DNA from: a virus
Lineage: Duplodnaviria; Caudoviricetes
DNA length: 56,751 bases
Strand: one strand, 5' to 3'
Virus record (IMG/VR): IMGVR_UViG_3300028384_000458
Location: 1 to 56,751 of that record
The translations under genes and the position numbers were made by a program. Below, piece by piece: positions 28,775-38,194 of this stretch. Each line of letters opens with the position of its first letter. Positions within the stretch are counted from its first letter, which is position 1. The notes under the pieces were generated by a model. It saw only the letters and a list, made by a program, of their open reading frames with translations. It did not search any database and was not told the DNA's origin.

Positions 28775-28809
28775 AATAAAAAAGGGAGCTCAACGGCTCC
28801 CTTTTTATT
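28775..28809. terminator. Intrinsic terminator after tail tube gene (symmetrical A/T tracts)
   Basis: AAAAAGGGAGC-loop-GCTCCCTTTTT. Confidence 0.75.
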
Positions 28810-28831
28810 TCGAATGGCTCAAGGAGTTTTA

Positions 28832-29458
28832 TTAAACGCCGCCGCCTGTTACTAAGGTGTTTGTTGTACGTCCAACTGCTGTACCAATACCAGTACCATC
28901 TGGTGTTTGGATAGCGTTATCATAACGAATTGCTAGTGTAACTGTTACAGGCTCGTTAGCACTGTAAGCAAGCTGGTTGTAAGCAGCGTTTTGTACAAAA
29001 CAACCGTATAGTTCAAATGTTTCAAGTACGTTTGGTGTGTTAGCACCATTGCCACCGTCTAAGATTTCAATACGTGTTGTAAACTTGTAATCTTGTCCAG
29101 ATGCTGCACTTGACTGCTCATAGAAGTCAAATTGTTTCTGTAGCTGTTCGCCTACTAGTTTCTGTACGTTGTTGTTTACATCTTCACGCAAGTTAAGTGT
29201 AATTGCTTCCCAAGTATGCTTACCAGCTAGGTATGCACGTGAGTTGTAAACATCAATTTGCATTTCTTCAAAGCTAACTGTTGGACGAGTTACGTCTACA
29301 ACTTGCTTTGTAAGTTCTGTTGTTGGTGTTGATACACCAAAGTTCTCTAGTGTTACACGGAAACGATACTGTAGCTTAGGCATTAACAAGCCTTGGCTTG
29401 CAGCTGAGTCACCTGTTGCTAGTGGAACTGTAATCTTTGATAGTGTTGAAATTGCCAT
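28832..29458 (-). CDS. gp19: Tail tube protein (gp19-like)
   Basis: PKLQYRFRV, AGKHTWEAITL, FELYGCF and LAIRYD; directly downstream of the sheath gene. Confidence 0.8.
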   Translation of the reverse strand: MAISTLSKITVPLATGDSAASQGLLMPKLQYRFRVTLENFGVSTPTTELTKQVVDVTRPTVSFEEMQIDVYNSRAYLAGKHTWEAITLNLREDVNNNVQKLVGEQLQKQFDFYEQSSAASGQDYKFTTRIEILDGGNGANTPNVLETFELYGCFVQNAAYNQLAYSANEPVTVTLAIRYDNAIQTPDGTGIGTAVGRTTNTLVTGGGV

Positions 29459-29487
29459 TCTTTGTTCTCCTGTTACAAGTATTTAGC

Positions 29488-29519
29488 AAAATTAGGCCCC
29501 ATATTTCAGAGGCCTAATT
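29488..29519 (-). terminator. Hairpin after sheath gene (probable terminator)
   Basis: AATTAGGCC...GGCCTAATT inverted repeat with a short T tract, immediately followed by GCTAAATA. Confidence 0.55.
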
Positions 29520-29526
29520 CTATGCC

Positions 29527-32500
29527 TTATAACCCGCTAATTTCTCCAGTGTTTTTCAATCTCAATGGAATGTAAATGAATTCTACAGCTTTAACAGGCT
29601 CAATAGCAATGTCTAAGTATAGCTCATTTCTATCAATTCTGCTTGGCGTGTTGTTTGATTCATCACAAACTACTAAGAAGTCGTAAAGTGCTCTTTGTCC
29701 TACAAGCTCAAGCATTAAGCTCTCTGCTGCTTGTTTGATCTCATCACGTGTGATCTTATCATTTGGTTCAAAGATGTAAGGCTTAGCAAGCTGATTCAAT
29801 TGCGAACGTAAGTAAATTACCAAACGTGCTACATTGATTCTGTCTAATGAACTTGAGCCTCTTGCACGAGTCTTCTGACCGTAGTTTACAAGTCCTGCAC
29901 CGCTAATAAACGTAATTGGGTTAATTGCTTGTGCATACAGTGTATCACGTTGACCTTCGTTCAACGCTACTGTTACAAATTCACCCTCAGCATCTACATA
30001 ACCTGTTGCTGTTGCGTTTGTAATACCGCCACGTCTTGTACCTGCTGGTGCAAACCAAGGATAGCTAACTTGATCACTTAGTGCAACTGTGCGTAGCATC
30101 ATATGACTTGGCGGAACAACTACATTGTTGCCTGCGTTGTCACTTGTAAAGCCCCATGGATAAAAGATACCAAAGTACTCATCACGGCTAGTTAAACCGT
30201 CATCGTTATCTTCTGGTGCTAGTGCTTGGTTAGTTGCCCAGTTGTTTAGTGACGTAGCATCTGATGGTAGTCTAGCTGGTGTGTCACCGATAACAAATGC
30301 GCTTAGTCCTCTATCATAGTTTAGACTAATCATTTCACCAATTAGCTCTGGATAACCCGGAGTTGCCATCAAGTTAAAGATTCTTGATTCGTCATCTCTA
30401 ATGTCATCATTTGAGTTTAGCATTGCTTGTAGTGCTTGTACAACAACTTTGCGCTGTGCTTTACGTCCAAAGCTGCCTGAACCGTCACCTTGGTTGCCTG
30501 ACTCTGTCACCCAACGGTGTGGATAGTAATCAGCCATTGCTTCGTCATTTGCACGATCGTTATCGCCGTTTACATCGATATAGTTGCGAACAAATTTCTT
30601 AACGTTAAACCCAGAACGTCTTAGGTTCCATAGTAACATACCTTTTGGATATAGTGCTGGATCCGGAGCATCTGGATCTAAGTGATCGCTTGTTAGTAAC
30701 GTATCAATGTCACCTGCTTTGTCGCTGTTTTCGCCTGATGTATTGTAACGTGCATCTGCAAATAATACGCCATCTTCACTTGTTTGATCTGCTTTATCAA
30801 GCAGTACCCAACGATTAGCAATTGGAGTATTTTGTAAATCTGCATTATAACGATAGATAGTTGGATAGTTTTCTAAATCAGCTGTGCTAATCCACAAGTC
30901 ACCGTTTACTAGTGCAGTACCGTCACTTTGTAATAATGGAGTGCTTGCACTTACGATTGGACCGTTTGGATCACAGTCTGCGTAATCCGAACTAAAGTTG
31001 TGGTAACCTACCCATGTATCGCCGTTGTGGATCATAATGTCAACTTCGTCAACAATTGAATTGTACCATAATGCACCATCACTTGTTAGTGATGTAACTT
31101 CGTCATCTGATGCAGTGTAAAACGCTACTTCTGTGCCCGACGAATTAGTAGTTGCTTTCCAAAGTGTACCACGTAACTGTAGTGGAGCAGTATCTCCGTC
31201 TGTTCCTGGTTCATAGTATAAGTTTGGTGTGCCACTGTTTACATTCATAAAGTGTGCAAAACCCATGTTACCTAGCACCGGTGTTGAACCATCGTCTGTA
31301 ATTTTAATGTCGCCGCCCTTAGCATGAGTAATTACAATTTTGTTACCTGTTGTAACTTCTGCACTAACATGATCAATACCTGCATTTGTAATTGCTGCTG
31401 CAATAGTGTCAGCATCACTAGCTGCGCCAACTGTTGTAAATTCAACAGCGGTAATTGTGCTAAGTGTAGCAGAATTAGGTTTTGTAGCTTGAATACTTAG
31501 AGTGTAAGTATCAGCAGTAACACCACTGCTACCAATTGCTGAGCCAATAATAGTTGTTGGTGCAACTGCATTGCGCTTAAACACTTTAAATGTTGCTAAA
31601 GGATCAGTGTCGCCTGCAACATTTGACTGTACGTATACATCGCCTGCTGCAATGTTTGCACCGTTGCCTAATTTATCTAGTGAATTTAATGCTTCTTGGT
31701 TTGATGCATAAATCGGAGCATCTACTGCGTCCCATAATTTAGTAGCATCGTTCCATACTTTAACTCTCCAACGTGCGCCGTTACCTGGCTCAGTTGTTTT
31801 AATCCAAACAGATCCTGTTGGACGAGGATATGTATCCGATGTTTTAAAAGATGGTACTCTAGTGTGCTTGTCAATGTGTAGTTGTGGTGTATAGTATGTC
31901 TGTGCAGTAATACCTAGTTCACCTAATAGAGTTGAATCACCAGCAATTTCAATTGATCCAGTTGCTGACGAATCGTCGTCTGCACTATCAGTGCCGTCAC
32001 TATATAATTCTAAACGTCCGTCTACAGCCTTTGCACTAATATTTCCTAAAGGAAATAGTGTAGTAATATTAGTTGCAACATCGCCAATTACATCAGAACT
32101 TGCTACTGTTACAGTAGTACCGTTGATTGTAAATGTTGCTGAACTTTGTGAAAAAGACGGGTTAGCTTTAGTACCGCGTACTGTAGCCCAGCTCTTTGTC
32201 CAAACGTCCGAACCTACTAGTACCCAAGTTCCTGAAGCATTTCTGTAGAACATTCTAGCAATAGTTGATCCAAATACTACAGCATAATCGCCAATAGCAC
32301 CGACAGTTGCTTTTGGAATCTTACCTGATGTACCGTTAGCTGAATCACTGCCGTCTGTTAATTTAGTAGAATCAGTAATTACAATAGGAGTTTTAGATGT
32401 AAATGTTTGACCGCCTGTTGTTGTAACGCCTGCGCCATTCCATTCTTGAATGCCAAACTCTGATGTCTGTGTATCTAACCAATATGTGCCAGCTGCTGGA

Positions 32501-32886
32501 TTTGCTGCTGGTGCTTCTGATGCTGGTTGGATTTCAGCTAGGTCAATGTCTGCTCTAACTACCCATGCTCTGTTTGAAACGCCTAAGTATGAATAAGCTG
32601 CTTGTAAGCCGTATTCATTAAGTTCGCCTGCGTGGATTGGATTGTTGTTATTATCTGTGTAAAATAATGGATCACCGAACGTATCTGCAAGATCGCGCTG
32701 TGATGTTAATAAGTATGGTTTACCAGCATTTGCCTTAAGCGTACCTTTAGCTGTTCCTGTTCCACTAGCATTTAGCTTGTTAGAAGCAGAAGCAACAAAG
32801 ATCATTGGTGTTGTGCCAGGCTCTGCCGGAGTGTAGAAACTTTCGTCAATTACTTTGACTTCTACTCCTGGTGATGTTAATGCCAT
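29527..32886 (-). CDS. gp18: Contractile tail sheath protein with large insertion
   Basis: SPGVEVKVIDES N-terminus; PWFAPAGTRRG, INPI, GQKT, LDRINVARL, FEPND and KAVEFIYI. Confidence 0.92.
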   Translation of the reverse strand: MALTSPGVEVKVIDESFYTPAEPGTTPMIFVASASNKLNASGTGTAKGTLKANAGKPYLLTSQRDLADTFGDPLFYTDNNNNPIHAGELNEYGLQAAYSYLGVSNRAWVVRADIDLAEIQPASEAPAANPAAGTYWLDTQTSEFGIQEWNGAGVTTTGGQTFTSKTPIVITDSTKLTDGSDSANGTSGKIPKATVGAIGDYAVVFGSTIARMFYRNASGTWVLVGSDVWTKSWATVRGTKANPSFSQSSATFTINGTTVTVASSDVIGDVATNITTLFPLGNISAKAVDGRLELYSDGTDSADDDSSATGSIEIAGDSTLLGELGITAQTYYTPQLHIDKHTRVPSFKTSDTYPRPTGSVWIKTTEPGNGARWRVKVWNDATKLWDAVDAPIYASNQEALNSLDKLGNGANIAAGDVYVQSNVAGDTDPLATFKVFKRNAVAPTTIIGSAIGSSGVTADTYTLSIQATKPNSATLSTITAVEFTTVGAASDADTIAAAITNAGIDHVSAEVTTGNKIVITHAKGGDIKITDDGSTPVLGNMGFAHFMNVNSGTPNLYYEPGTDGDTAPLQLRGTLWKATTNSSGTEVAFYTASDDEVTSLTSDGALWYNSIVDEVDIMIHNGDTWVGYHNFSSDYADCDPNGPIVSASTPLLQSDGTALVNGDLWISTADLENYPTIYRYNADLQNTPIANRWVLLDKADQTSEDGVLFADARYNTSGENSDKAGDIDTLLTSDHLDPDAPDPALYPKGMLLWNLRRSGFNVKKFVRNYIDVNGDNDRANDEAMADYYPHRWVTESGNQGDGSGSFGRKAQRKVVVQALQAMLNSNDDIRDDESRIFNLMATPGYPELIGEMISLNYDRGLSAFVIGDTPARLPSDATSLNNWATNQALAPEDNDDGLTSRDEYFGIFYPWGFTSDNAGNNVVVPPSHMMLRTVALSDQVSYPWFAPAGTRRGGITNATATGYVDAEGEFVTVALNEGQRDTLYAQAINPITFISGAGLVNYGQKTRARGSSSLDRINVARLVIYLRSQLNQLAKPYIFEPNDKITRDEIKQAAESLMLELVGQRALYDFLVVCDESNNTPSRIDRNELYLDIAIEPVKAVEFIYIPLRLKNTGEISGL

Positions 32887-33003
32887 GTTCGTTCTCCTGT
32901 TGTACGATTCGAATAGTTTTGCTACTTGTATTTAGCAGACACTAGGGAAAATAGCCTGTTAAACCCCCTTAAAAAGGTACCAAAAAGGTGAGCTAAATAC
33001 AGT

Positions 33004-33339
33004 ATGAGACCATTATGCAAGTGCGGACAGCGACCTGCTGCTATAAATTATAAAAAAGGTAATAGGATTTACTATCGTAAGCTGTGTGAACGCTGTCTAA
33101 GAAACGGTGAAGGGCACGGGATTCCTAAGTGGAAACAAAAAGGTTACACAAAATTAGACACTTGCGAAAAATGCGGATTTCATAGTAAACACGATGAGCA
33201 GTTTAATGTGTTTCATATGGACGGCAATCTTGACAACTGCCGTCCTAGCAATTTAAAAACTATTTGTGCTAATTGTCAGAGAATTCTGCAAAAAGAGGGA
33301 GTGTTGTGGAAGCAGGGAGACTTAGTCCCTGATTTCTAA
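33004..33339 (+). CDS. HNH-like Zn-binding protein
   Basis: Several CxxC pairs and HMDGNLDNCRPSNLKTICANC. Confidence 0.65.
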   Translation: MRPLCKCGQRPAAINYKKGNRIYYRKLCERCLRNGEGHGIPKWKQKGYTKLDTCEKCGFHSKHDEQFNVFHMDGNLDNCRPSNLKTICANCQRILQKEGVLWKQGDLVPDF

Positions 33340-33829
33340 AGATAGTACGCATCAATGTGTCTACGTTCTTCTTTAGTCTTGCTAAATCTCCATTATTATC
33401 AATAGTATAATCACACATCCATTGTTCGATGCTCATTGAACTAACATCTTCTGCAGGCAAGTGATCTGAACGATCTACCCAGATAGCATAGTCAAAAATT
33501 TCCTCATTTTGCATTGCAAAAAATTCACGCTTGTTGCGTAAGCCGCAATAAATGTCGTGTTCTTTAAATAAATTGCGTCCAAGACGTGCTAGGTCGTCAC
33601 GACAATAATCGTGTATCATATTATACCATTCAGTGCGATGATTATGACGATCTAAAAAACATTCTTCTTCGTTAGCATAACCATACTTGTCTTTTAAATC
33701 TTTAAAAATAAAAAGCTCACTACAAAATTTAGAACTAGACTGAAAACTATATCCGTATTGTTCTAAAAATTCACAAACAGTGTCTTTGCCGTGTCTTCCA
33801 TGACCGACAATAAGTAACTTAGGTAGCAT
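33269..33829 (-). CDS. Deoxynucleoside monophosphate kinase-like
   Basis: IVGHGRHGKDT P-loop, GLRNKREF and IDNNG; start at 33829 after GGAG. Confidence 0.65.
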   Translation of the reverse strand: MLPKLLIVGHGRHGKDTVCEFLEQYGYSFQSSSKFCSELFIFKDLKDKYGYANEEECFLDRHNHRTEWYNMIHDYCRDDLARLGRNLFKEHDIYCGLRNKREFFAMQNEEIFDYAIWVDRSDHLPAEDVSSMSIEQWMCDYTIDNNGDLARLKKNVDTLMRTIFRNQGLSLPASTTLPLFAEFSDN

Positions 33830-33856
33830 ACAATAATCTCCGTAGAATATTTGTAT

Positions 33857-33885
33857 ATTATAAGTTCTTATGCAACCTTTGTCAA
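33857..33885 (-). promoter_or_regulatory. sigma70-type promoter TTGACA-N17-TATAAT
   Basis: Minus strand TTGACA (33885-33880) and TATAAT (33862-33857). Confidence 0.8.
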
Positions 33886-34083
33886 CCGTTTTTCTGCTTG
33901 GCGCTTTGCCCAAGCTGCTTCAAATCCTAGTTCGTGAATAGGTGCTTCGTGATTGCCCCATATTCTAGCAAAGTATGATTCGTAAGTTGAGCGTATATCT
34001 TTTTCGCTCCATGATTCGGGAATAAGCTGTCCTTTTACCATCCAGTAAAAACGGTTTGCTTCTTTAAGTTCAAAGTATGTCAT
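33868..34083 (-). CDS. Small hypothetical protein
   Basis: 71-aa ORF filling the gap between the neck gene and the kinase. Confidence 0.55.
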   Translation of the reverse strand: MTYFELKEANRFYWMVKGQLIPESWSEKDIRSTYESYFARIWGNHEAPIHELGFEAAWAKRQAEKRLTKVA

Positions 34084-34120
34084 ATTGTACTTACAATATA
34101 ACTAAATTATAGCGTTAACA

Positions 34121-34876
34121 TTAGCCAATAGTGAACCCGTATCCAACACCGCCGGCAACTTGTGTTTTAACTTCTTCCTCAAGTTTTTCCATTTCCTGCT
34201 GTGCTTCAGCTTTTAGTGCATCGCCATTGAGAGTGCTTCCGCCTTGTGGTCCTGCAATAGTAGCAAATTTTGAACGTGCTTCCCCTAGCATATACTTACA
34301 ACTTGCAAGAGTATAATCTTTAAGCCATTGTTTTACTAGGTAATCGTTTAGTAGTTCACTGTCTGGACGATAGTTATAGCAATATAGTAACAAATTTTCT
34401 TCTGCTCTAGGACGTTGTAGTAGCGTTAACTGTTTAGTTGTTGTATTCCATTTGAACTCAATAAAACTACCAAACATACGTCCTACAAGTTCTTGATACT
34501 GTGAGAACATATCATATGTTGCAAGGCCGCCTAAATTTGACGAACTTAATAGATATGTATTAGTGTATGCCATATTAAACGGTTCAAACAATGTTCCACC
34601 GTCGCCTCCACCTGTGCGTGATCCAATTGATCTACGAAAGAGCTGACGTACTTCCATTACTTCTGCAGGAAGAGTGTAAGTGTTTTGATCAATAACTGTT
34701 GGCATAAACATATATGATTCTTCTACGCTGTTGTCAGAACGCTGTCTAAAACGTGTTAATGCTTTTGTTAGTGCAGTTTCGTAGTGAACTGGATCTAATT
34801 CAACATCGATCATTCCGCCACCTAACATTGCGTGTACGTAATCGAATATTTCTTGTTTTTGTGTTGCTAGTGACAT
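34121..34876 (-). CDS. gp13: Neck protein, gp13-like
   Basis: LGGGMIDVEL, WLKDYTLA, LGEARSKF and TLNGDALK. Confidence 0.75.
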   Translation of the reverse strand: MSLATQKQEIFDYVHAMLGGGMIDVELDPVHYETALTKALTRFRQRSDNSVEESYMFMPTVIDQNTYTLPAEVMEVRQLFRRSIGSRTGGGDGGTLFEPFNMAYTNTYLLSSSNLGGLATYDMFSQYQELVGRMFGSFIEFKWNTTTKQLTLLQRPRAEENLLLYCYNYRPDSELLNDYLVKQWLKDYTLASCKYMLGEARSKFATIAGPQGGSTLNGDALKAEAQQEMEKLEEEVKTQVAGGVGYGFTIG

Positions 34877-34894
34877 ACTATTTCTCCGTACAAG

Positions 34895-34910
34895 TATTTA
34901 TCGATAAATA
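34895..34910. promoter_or_regulatory. Palindromic back-to-back late promoters TATTTATCGATAAATA
   Basis: Perfect 16-bp palindrome giving GATAAATA on both strands between the divergent neck genes. Confidence 0.75.
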
Positions 34911-34915
34911 TGTAT

Positions 34916-36289
34916 ATGCCAAGACTAAGTTTATACAAACCAGAAAAGGGTAACGACTATGCATTTCTTGATCGACAGATCACAGAAATGTTTACAGTAG
35001 GCGGTACGGATATTAACATCCACAAGTACTTAGGTCCTGTTAATCCCGACGAAGATGATGCAACAGCAGACAAGCCTCGCTACGATGCTGTTAAAGAAAC
35101 TAATATTCAAGACTTGCTGTTTTTAGAAAATAGAGATAGAAAGTACGATACAGACATCTATACAATGCGTGGCATTTATAATGTACAAGACGTAGACTTT
35201 AATTTATCGCAGTTTGGTATGTTTTTAGATAACGACACACTGTTTATGACTATTCCAATTAATAGTAGTGTAAAAACACTTGGCAGAAAAATTATGAGCG
35301 GCGATGTTATTGAATTACCGCACATGAAGGACGAATACGCTCTTAACGATTACAAAATTGCACTAAAACGTTTTTATGTTGTAGAAGACGTTAATCGTGC
35401 TTCTGAAGGATTTTCGCCAACTTGGTATCCGCATTTGTATAGACTAAAACTAAAACAAATTATGGATAGTCAAGAATATAAAGAAATACTTGACTTACCA
35501 GCAGATGCAGATGAAGATAACGGTGATACTCTTAGAACATTGTTATCTACATATGAACAAGAAATGCAAATCAACGATGCGGTAGTAGAACAAGCTGAAG
35601 CAGATGCTGGAAAAAGTGGTTACGATATAGGACACTATTATACACTTAACACAGACAAGGATGGAGATGTTCAAGTTGAGCAAGTAGGCGGCGAGACTGT
35701 TACAACACATCCTGCTAAGCCAGGCTATGACGGATATCTATTAGGAGATGACGGAGCACCTAACGGCGAAAGTTTTGGTCACGGAATACAATTTCCTCTT
35801 GGTGCAGAATCAGGTGATTACTTTTTGCGCACAGATTTTTTACCTAAGCGTATGTTTAGATATGACGGCACTAGATGGGTTAAGGTACAAGATTCAGTAC
35901 GTATGACTATGACAAACAGCAACGACAGATTAACACAAAAAACATCTTTTGTTAATAATACCGATTATACATATAACGACAGAGTCATTAGCGACTTTAT
36001 ACAATTAACTGAAGGCGATACACAGTTTACTACAGATATTGATTATCCAATAACTGGACTATACCTAGTGTTGAAATATAAAACAATTGAAGATGGTTAT
36101 GTTATTGCAGACCACGACGGACTTATTACAGATGACAGTACTGGAAAAGCAATCGTAACATTACCTATAGTTAATGGCGCACAAGCAACCATTAAGTATA
36201 CAGGACAATGGGAAATTATTGTATTCAATAACAGAGAAGCACAGAGACAAGGTCTTAGTGAAGTGCTTAGACCTAAGGCAGACTTATAA
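34916..36289 (+). CDS. Neck/head-closure protein, gp14-like, extended
   Basis: DLLFLENRDR, LSQFGMF and GDVIELPH; located between gp13-like and gp15-like genes. Confidence 0.6.
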   Translation: MPRLSLYKPEKGNDYAFLDRQITEMFTVGGTDINIHKYLGPVNPDEDDATADKPRYDAVKETNIQDLLFLENRDRKYDTDIYTMRGIYNVQDVDFNLSQFGMFLDNDTLFMTIPINSSVKTLGRKIMSGDVIELPHMKDEYALNDYKIALKRFYVVEDVNRASEGFSPTWYPHLYRLKLKQIMDSQEYKEILDLPADADEDNGDTLRTLLSTYEQEMQINDAVVEQAEADAGKSGYDIGHYYTLNTDKDGDVQVEQVGGETVTTHPAKPGYDGYLLGDDGAPNGESFGHGIQFPLGAESGDYFLRTDFLPKRMFRYDGTRWVKVQDSVRMTMTNSNDRLTQKTSFVNNTDYTYNDRVISDFIQLTEGDTQFTTDIDYPITGLYLVLKYKTIEDGYVIADHDGLITDDSTGKAIVTLPIVNGAQATIKYTGQWEIIVFNNREAQRQGLSEVLRPKADL

Positions 36290-37719
36290 TGCAGCATTTT
36301 TATGACGGACAAATAAGACGTTATCTTACTCAAATGATTAGGATGATGAGTGGGTTTTCTTATAAAGACGGAAAAGGCAATCTTACACAAGTTCCTGTAA
36401 TGTATGGAGACATTACAAGACAAGTTGGAAGTATTTTAAGAGACAACTCAGAAAATAAAATTCCAAGTGCTCCTAGAATGGGCATTTATGTCACTGGCCT
36501 AGAAATGGACAGAACACGAACTAGCGATTCTAGTTATGTAAGCAAGGCACACATTAGAGAACGTGCTTATGATTCTGATGCTAACGAATATTTAAAAACA
36601 GACGGTAAAAATTATACTGTCGAGCGTTTAATGCCTACTCCGTATAATTTAACTGTTAACGTAGATATTTGGACTACAAACACAGAACAAAAACTACAAA
36701 TTATGGAACAAGTCCTAATGTTGTTTAATCCAAGTTTAGAAATTCAAACAACAGATAATTACCTAGACTGGACTAGTTTAAGTGTTGTTAACTTAGAAAG
36801 TATTAACTGGAGTAGCAGAAGTATTCCAACAGGAACTGAATCAGAAATTGACGTTGGCACACTTTCTTTTCAAACTCCAATATACATTAGTCCACCGACT
36901 AAAGTTAAGCGCCTTGGTATTGTTACAGATGTTATTGCTAGAGTGTTTCAAGGCACAGAAATTGACGACATTGACGATGCTGCTGAAATTAGTACTAAAA
37001 TCTATATTGATGACGATGGTAATTTACAAAGAGGCAAAACTGAAGCATACTGGGAAAACACTCAAACTAGACTTTCAATAGCACCAACTAACTACCAAAA
37101 TACAGGCTTACATGTTCTTAACAAAACAATTAAACTAATTAACAAAGGTATAGTAGGAGGAAAAACTTGGCCAGAGTTCTTGCTTGCTTTCCCACAAAAG
37201 TTCCAAGACGGAATTACACAAATTCGATTGACTCGTGCAGATATGAGTTTTGATGTTATAGGTTCTATTGCTATTAACCCGCTAGACGAAACAGAAGCAA
37301 CAGTGTCGTGGGACGAAGATACTATTCCAACAGATACACCTATTGTTAGTGATGTAGGATCTAGAAGTAAAATTGATTATATTATCGATCCTACAAAAAC
37401 TAATCCAAACGATCTACAATTATCAGGCAATCCAAGAATTCTTATACTAGGAGACATCGGACACAAGTCAAACGCAGACGGAGCAGATGCTTGGAAAAAT
37501 CTAGACAATACAGATTTTGTAGCAAGTACTAACGATATAATTGAATGGGACGGATCTAAGTGGACTATTGTATTTGATGCAGACGTTGACCTTAGCGTTT
37601 ATGGAACAGTATATGTTACTAATCTAAACACAGGTGTACAGTATAAGTTTGACGGCGACGACTGGTTACTTTCGTTTGAAGGCGAGTATCCAAACGGTAC
37701 TTGGAGTCTAAATTTCTAA
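36289..37719 (+). CDS. Tail terminator/sheath stabiliser, gp15-like, with C-terminal extension
   Basis: HFYDGQIRRY, VPVMYG, PRM, PTPYNL and QKLQIMEQVLMLFNP. Confidence 0.7.
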   Translation: MQHFYDGQIRRYLTQMIRMMSGFSYKDGKGNLTQVPVMYGDITRQVGSILRDNSENKIPSAPRMGIYVTGLEMDRTRTSDSSYVSKAHIRERAYDSDANEYLKTDGKNYTVERLMPTPYNLTVNVDIWTTNTEQKLQIMEQVLMLFNPSLEIQTTDNYLDWTSLSVVNLESINWSSRSIPTGTESEIDVGTLSFQTPIYISPPTKVKRLGIVTDVIARVFQGTEIDDIDDAAEISTKIYIDDDGNLQRGKTEAYWENTQTRLSIAPTNYQNTGLHVLNKTIKLINKGIVGGKTWPEFLLAFPQKFQDGITQIRLTRADMSFDVIGSIAINPLDETEATVSWDEDTIPTDTPIVSDVGSRSKIDYIIDPTKTNPNDLQLSGNPRILILGDIGHKSNADGADAWKNLDNTDFVASTNDIIEWDGSKWTIVFDADVDLSVYGTVYVTNLNTGVQYKFDGDDWLLSFEGEYPNGTWSLNF

Positions 37720-37732
37720 CATAATTACTTGT

Positions 37733-38167
37733 ATGAGCAAGCAAATTATTTGTAGTGGAGCACTACTATATTCTCTCGATACTAAGCGTTTCTTATTTTT
37801 ACACAGAGCAAATGGTAAAAACAAAGATGTGTGGGGCCTAGTAGGCGGTACAAACGAAGGAGAAGAAACTCCTTGGGAAGGGCTAAAGCGTGAAATCTTT
37901 GAAGAAATCGGCGAAGTAGAAATTAAAAAAACTATTCCTTTAGAAACCTTTGTATCTAACGACACTAAGTTTCATTTTCATACCTATCTTTGTGTAATAG
38001 ACAACGAATTTTTACCTAAACTAAACGACGAGCATAACGGTTATGCTTGGGTAGAGTTTGGTAATTGGCCGAAGCCGCTACACTTTGGACTTCAAAACAC
38101 TTTAAATAAAAAAGTAAATTTATCTAAACTAAAAACTGTATTCGAAGTAATAGATTTACTTGACTAA
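37733..38167 (+). CDS. NUDIX hydrolase
   Basis: Nudix box GTNEGEETPWEGLKREIFEEIG. Confidence 0.85.
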   Translation: MSKQIICSGALLYSLDTKRFLFLHRANGKNKDVWGLVGGTNEGEETPWEGLKREIFEEIGEVEIKKTIPLETFVSNDTKFHFHTYLCVIDNEFLPKLNDEHNGYAWVEFGNWPKPLHFGLQNTLNKKVNLSKLKTVFEVIDLLD

Positions 38168-38188
38168 CTAGACAAAAGGTAGTATAAT
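38160..38188 (+). promoter_or_regulatory. sigma70-type promoter TTGACT-N17-TATAAT, 6 nt upstream of hldE ATG
   Basis: TTGACT at 38160-38165, TATAAT at 38183-38188, ATG at 38195. Confidence 0.8.
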
Positions 38189-38194
38189 AATATT

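Noticed and set aside
32940-32990. AAAAAGGT direct repeat and G/C runs upstream of the sheath gene
   Set aside because: Only two adjacent short copies in AT-rich DNA; insufficient to call an operator or origin.
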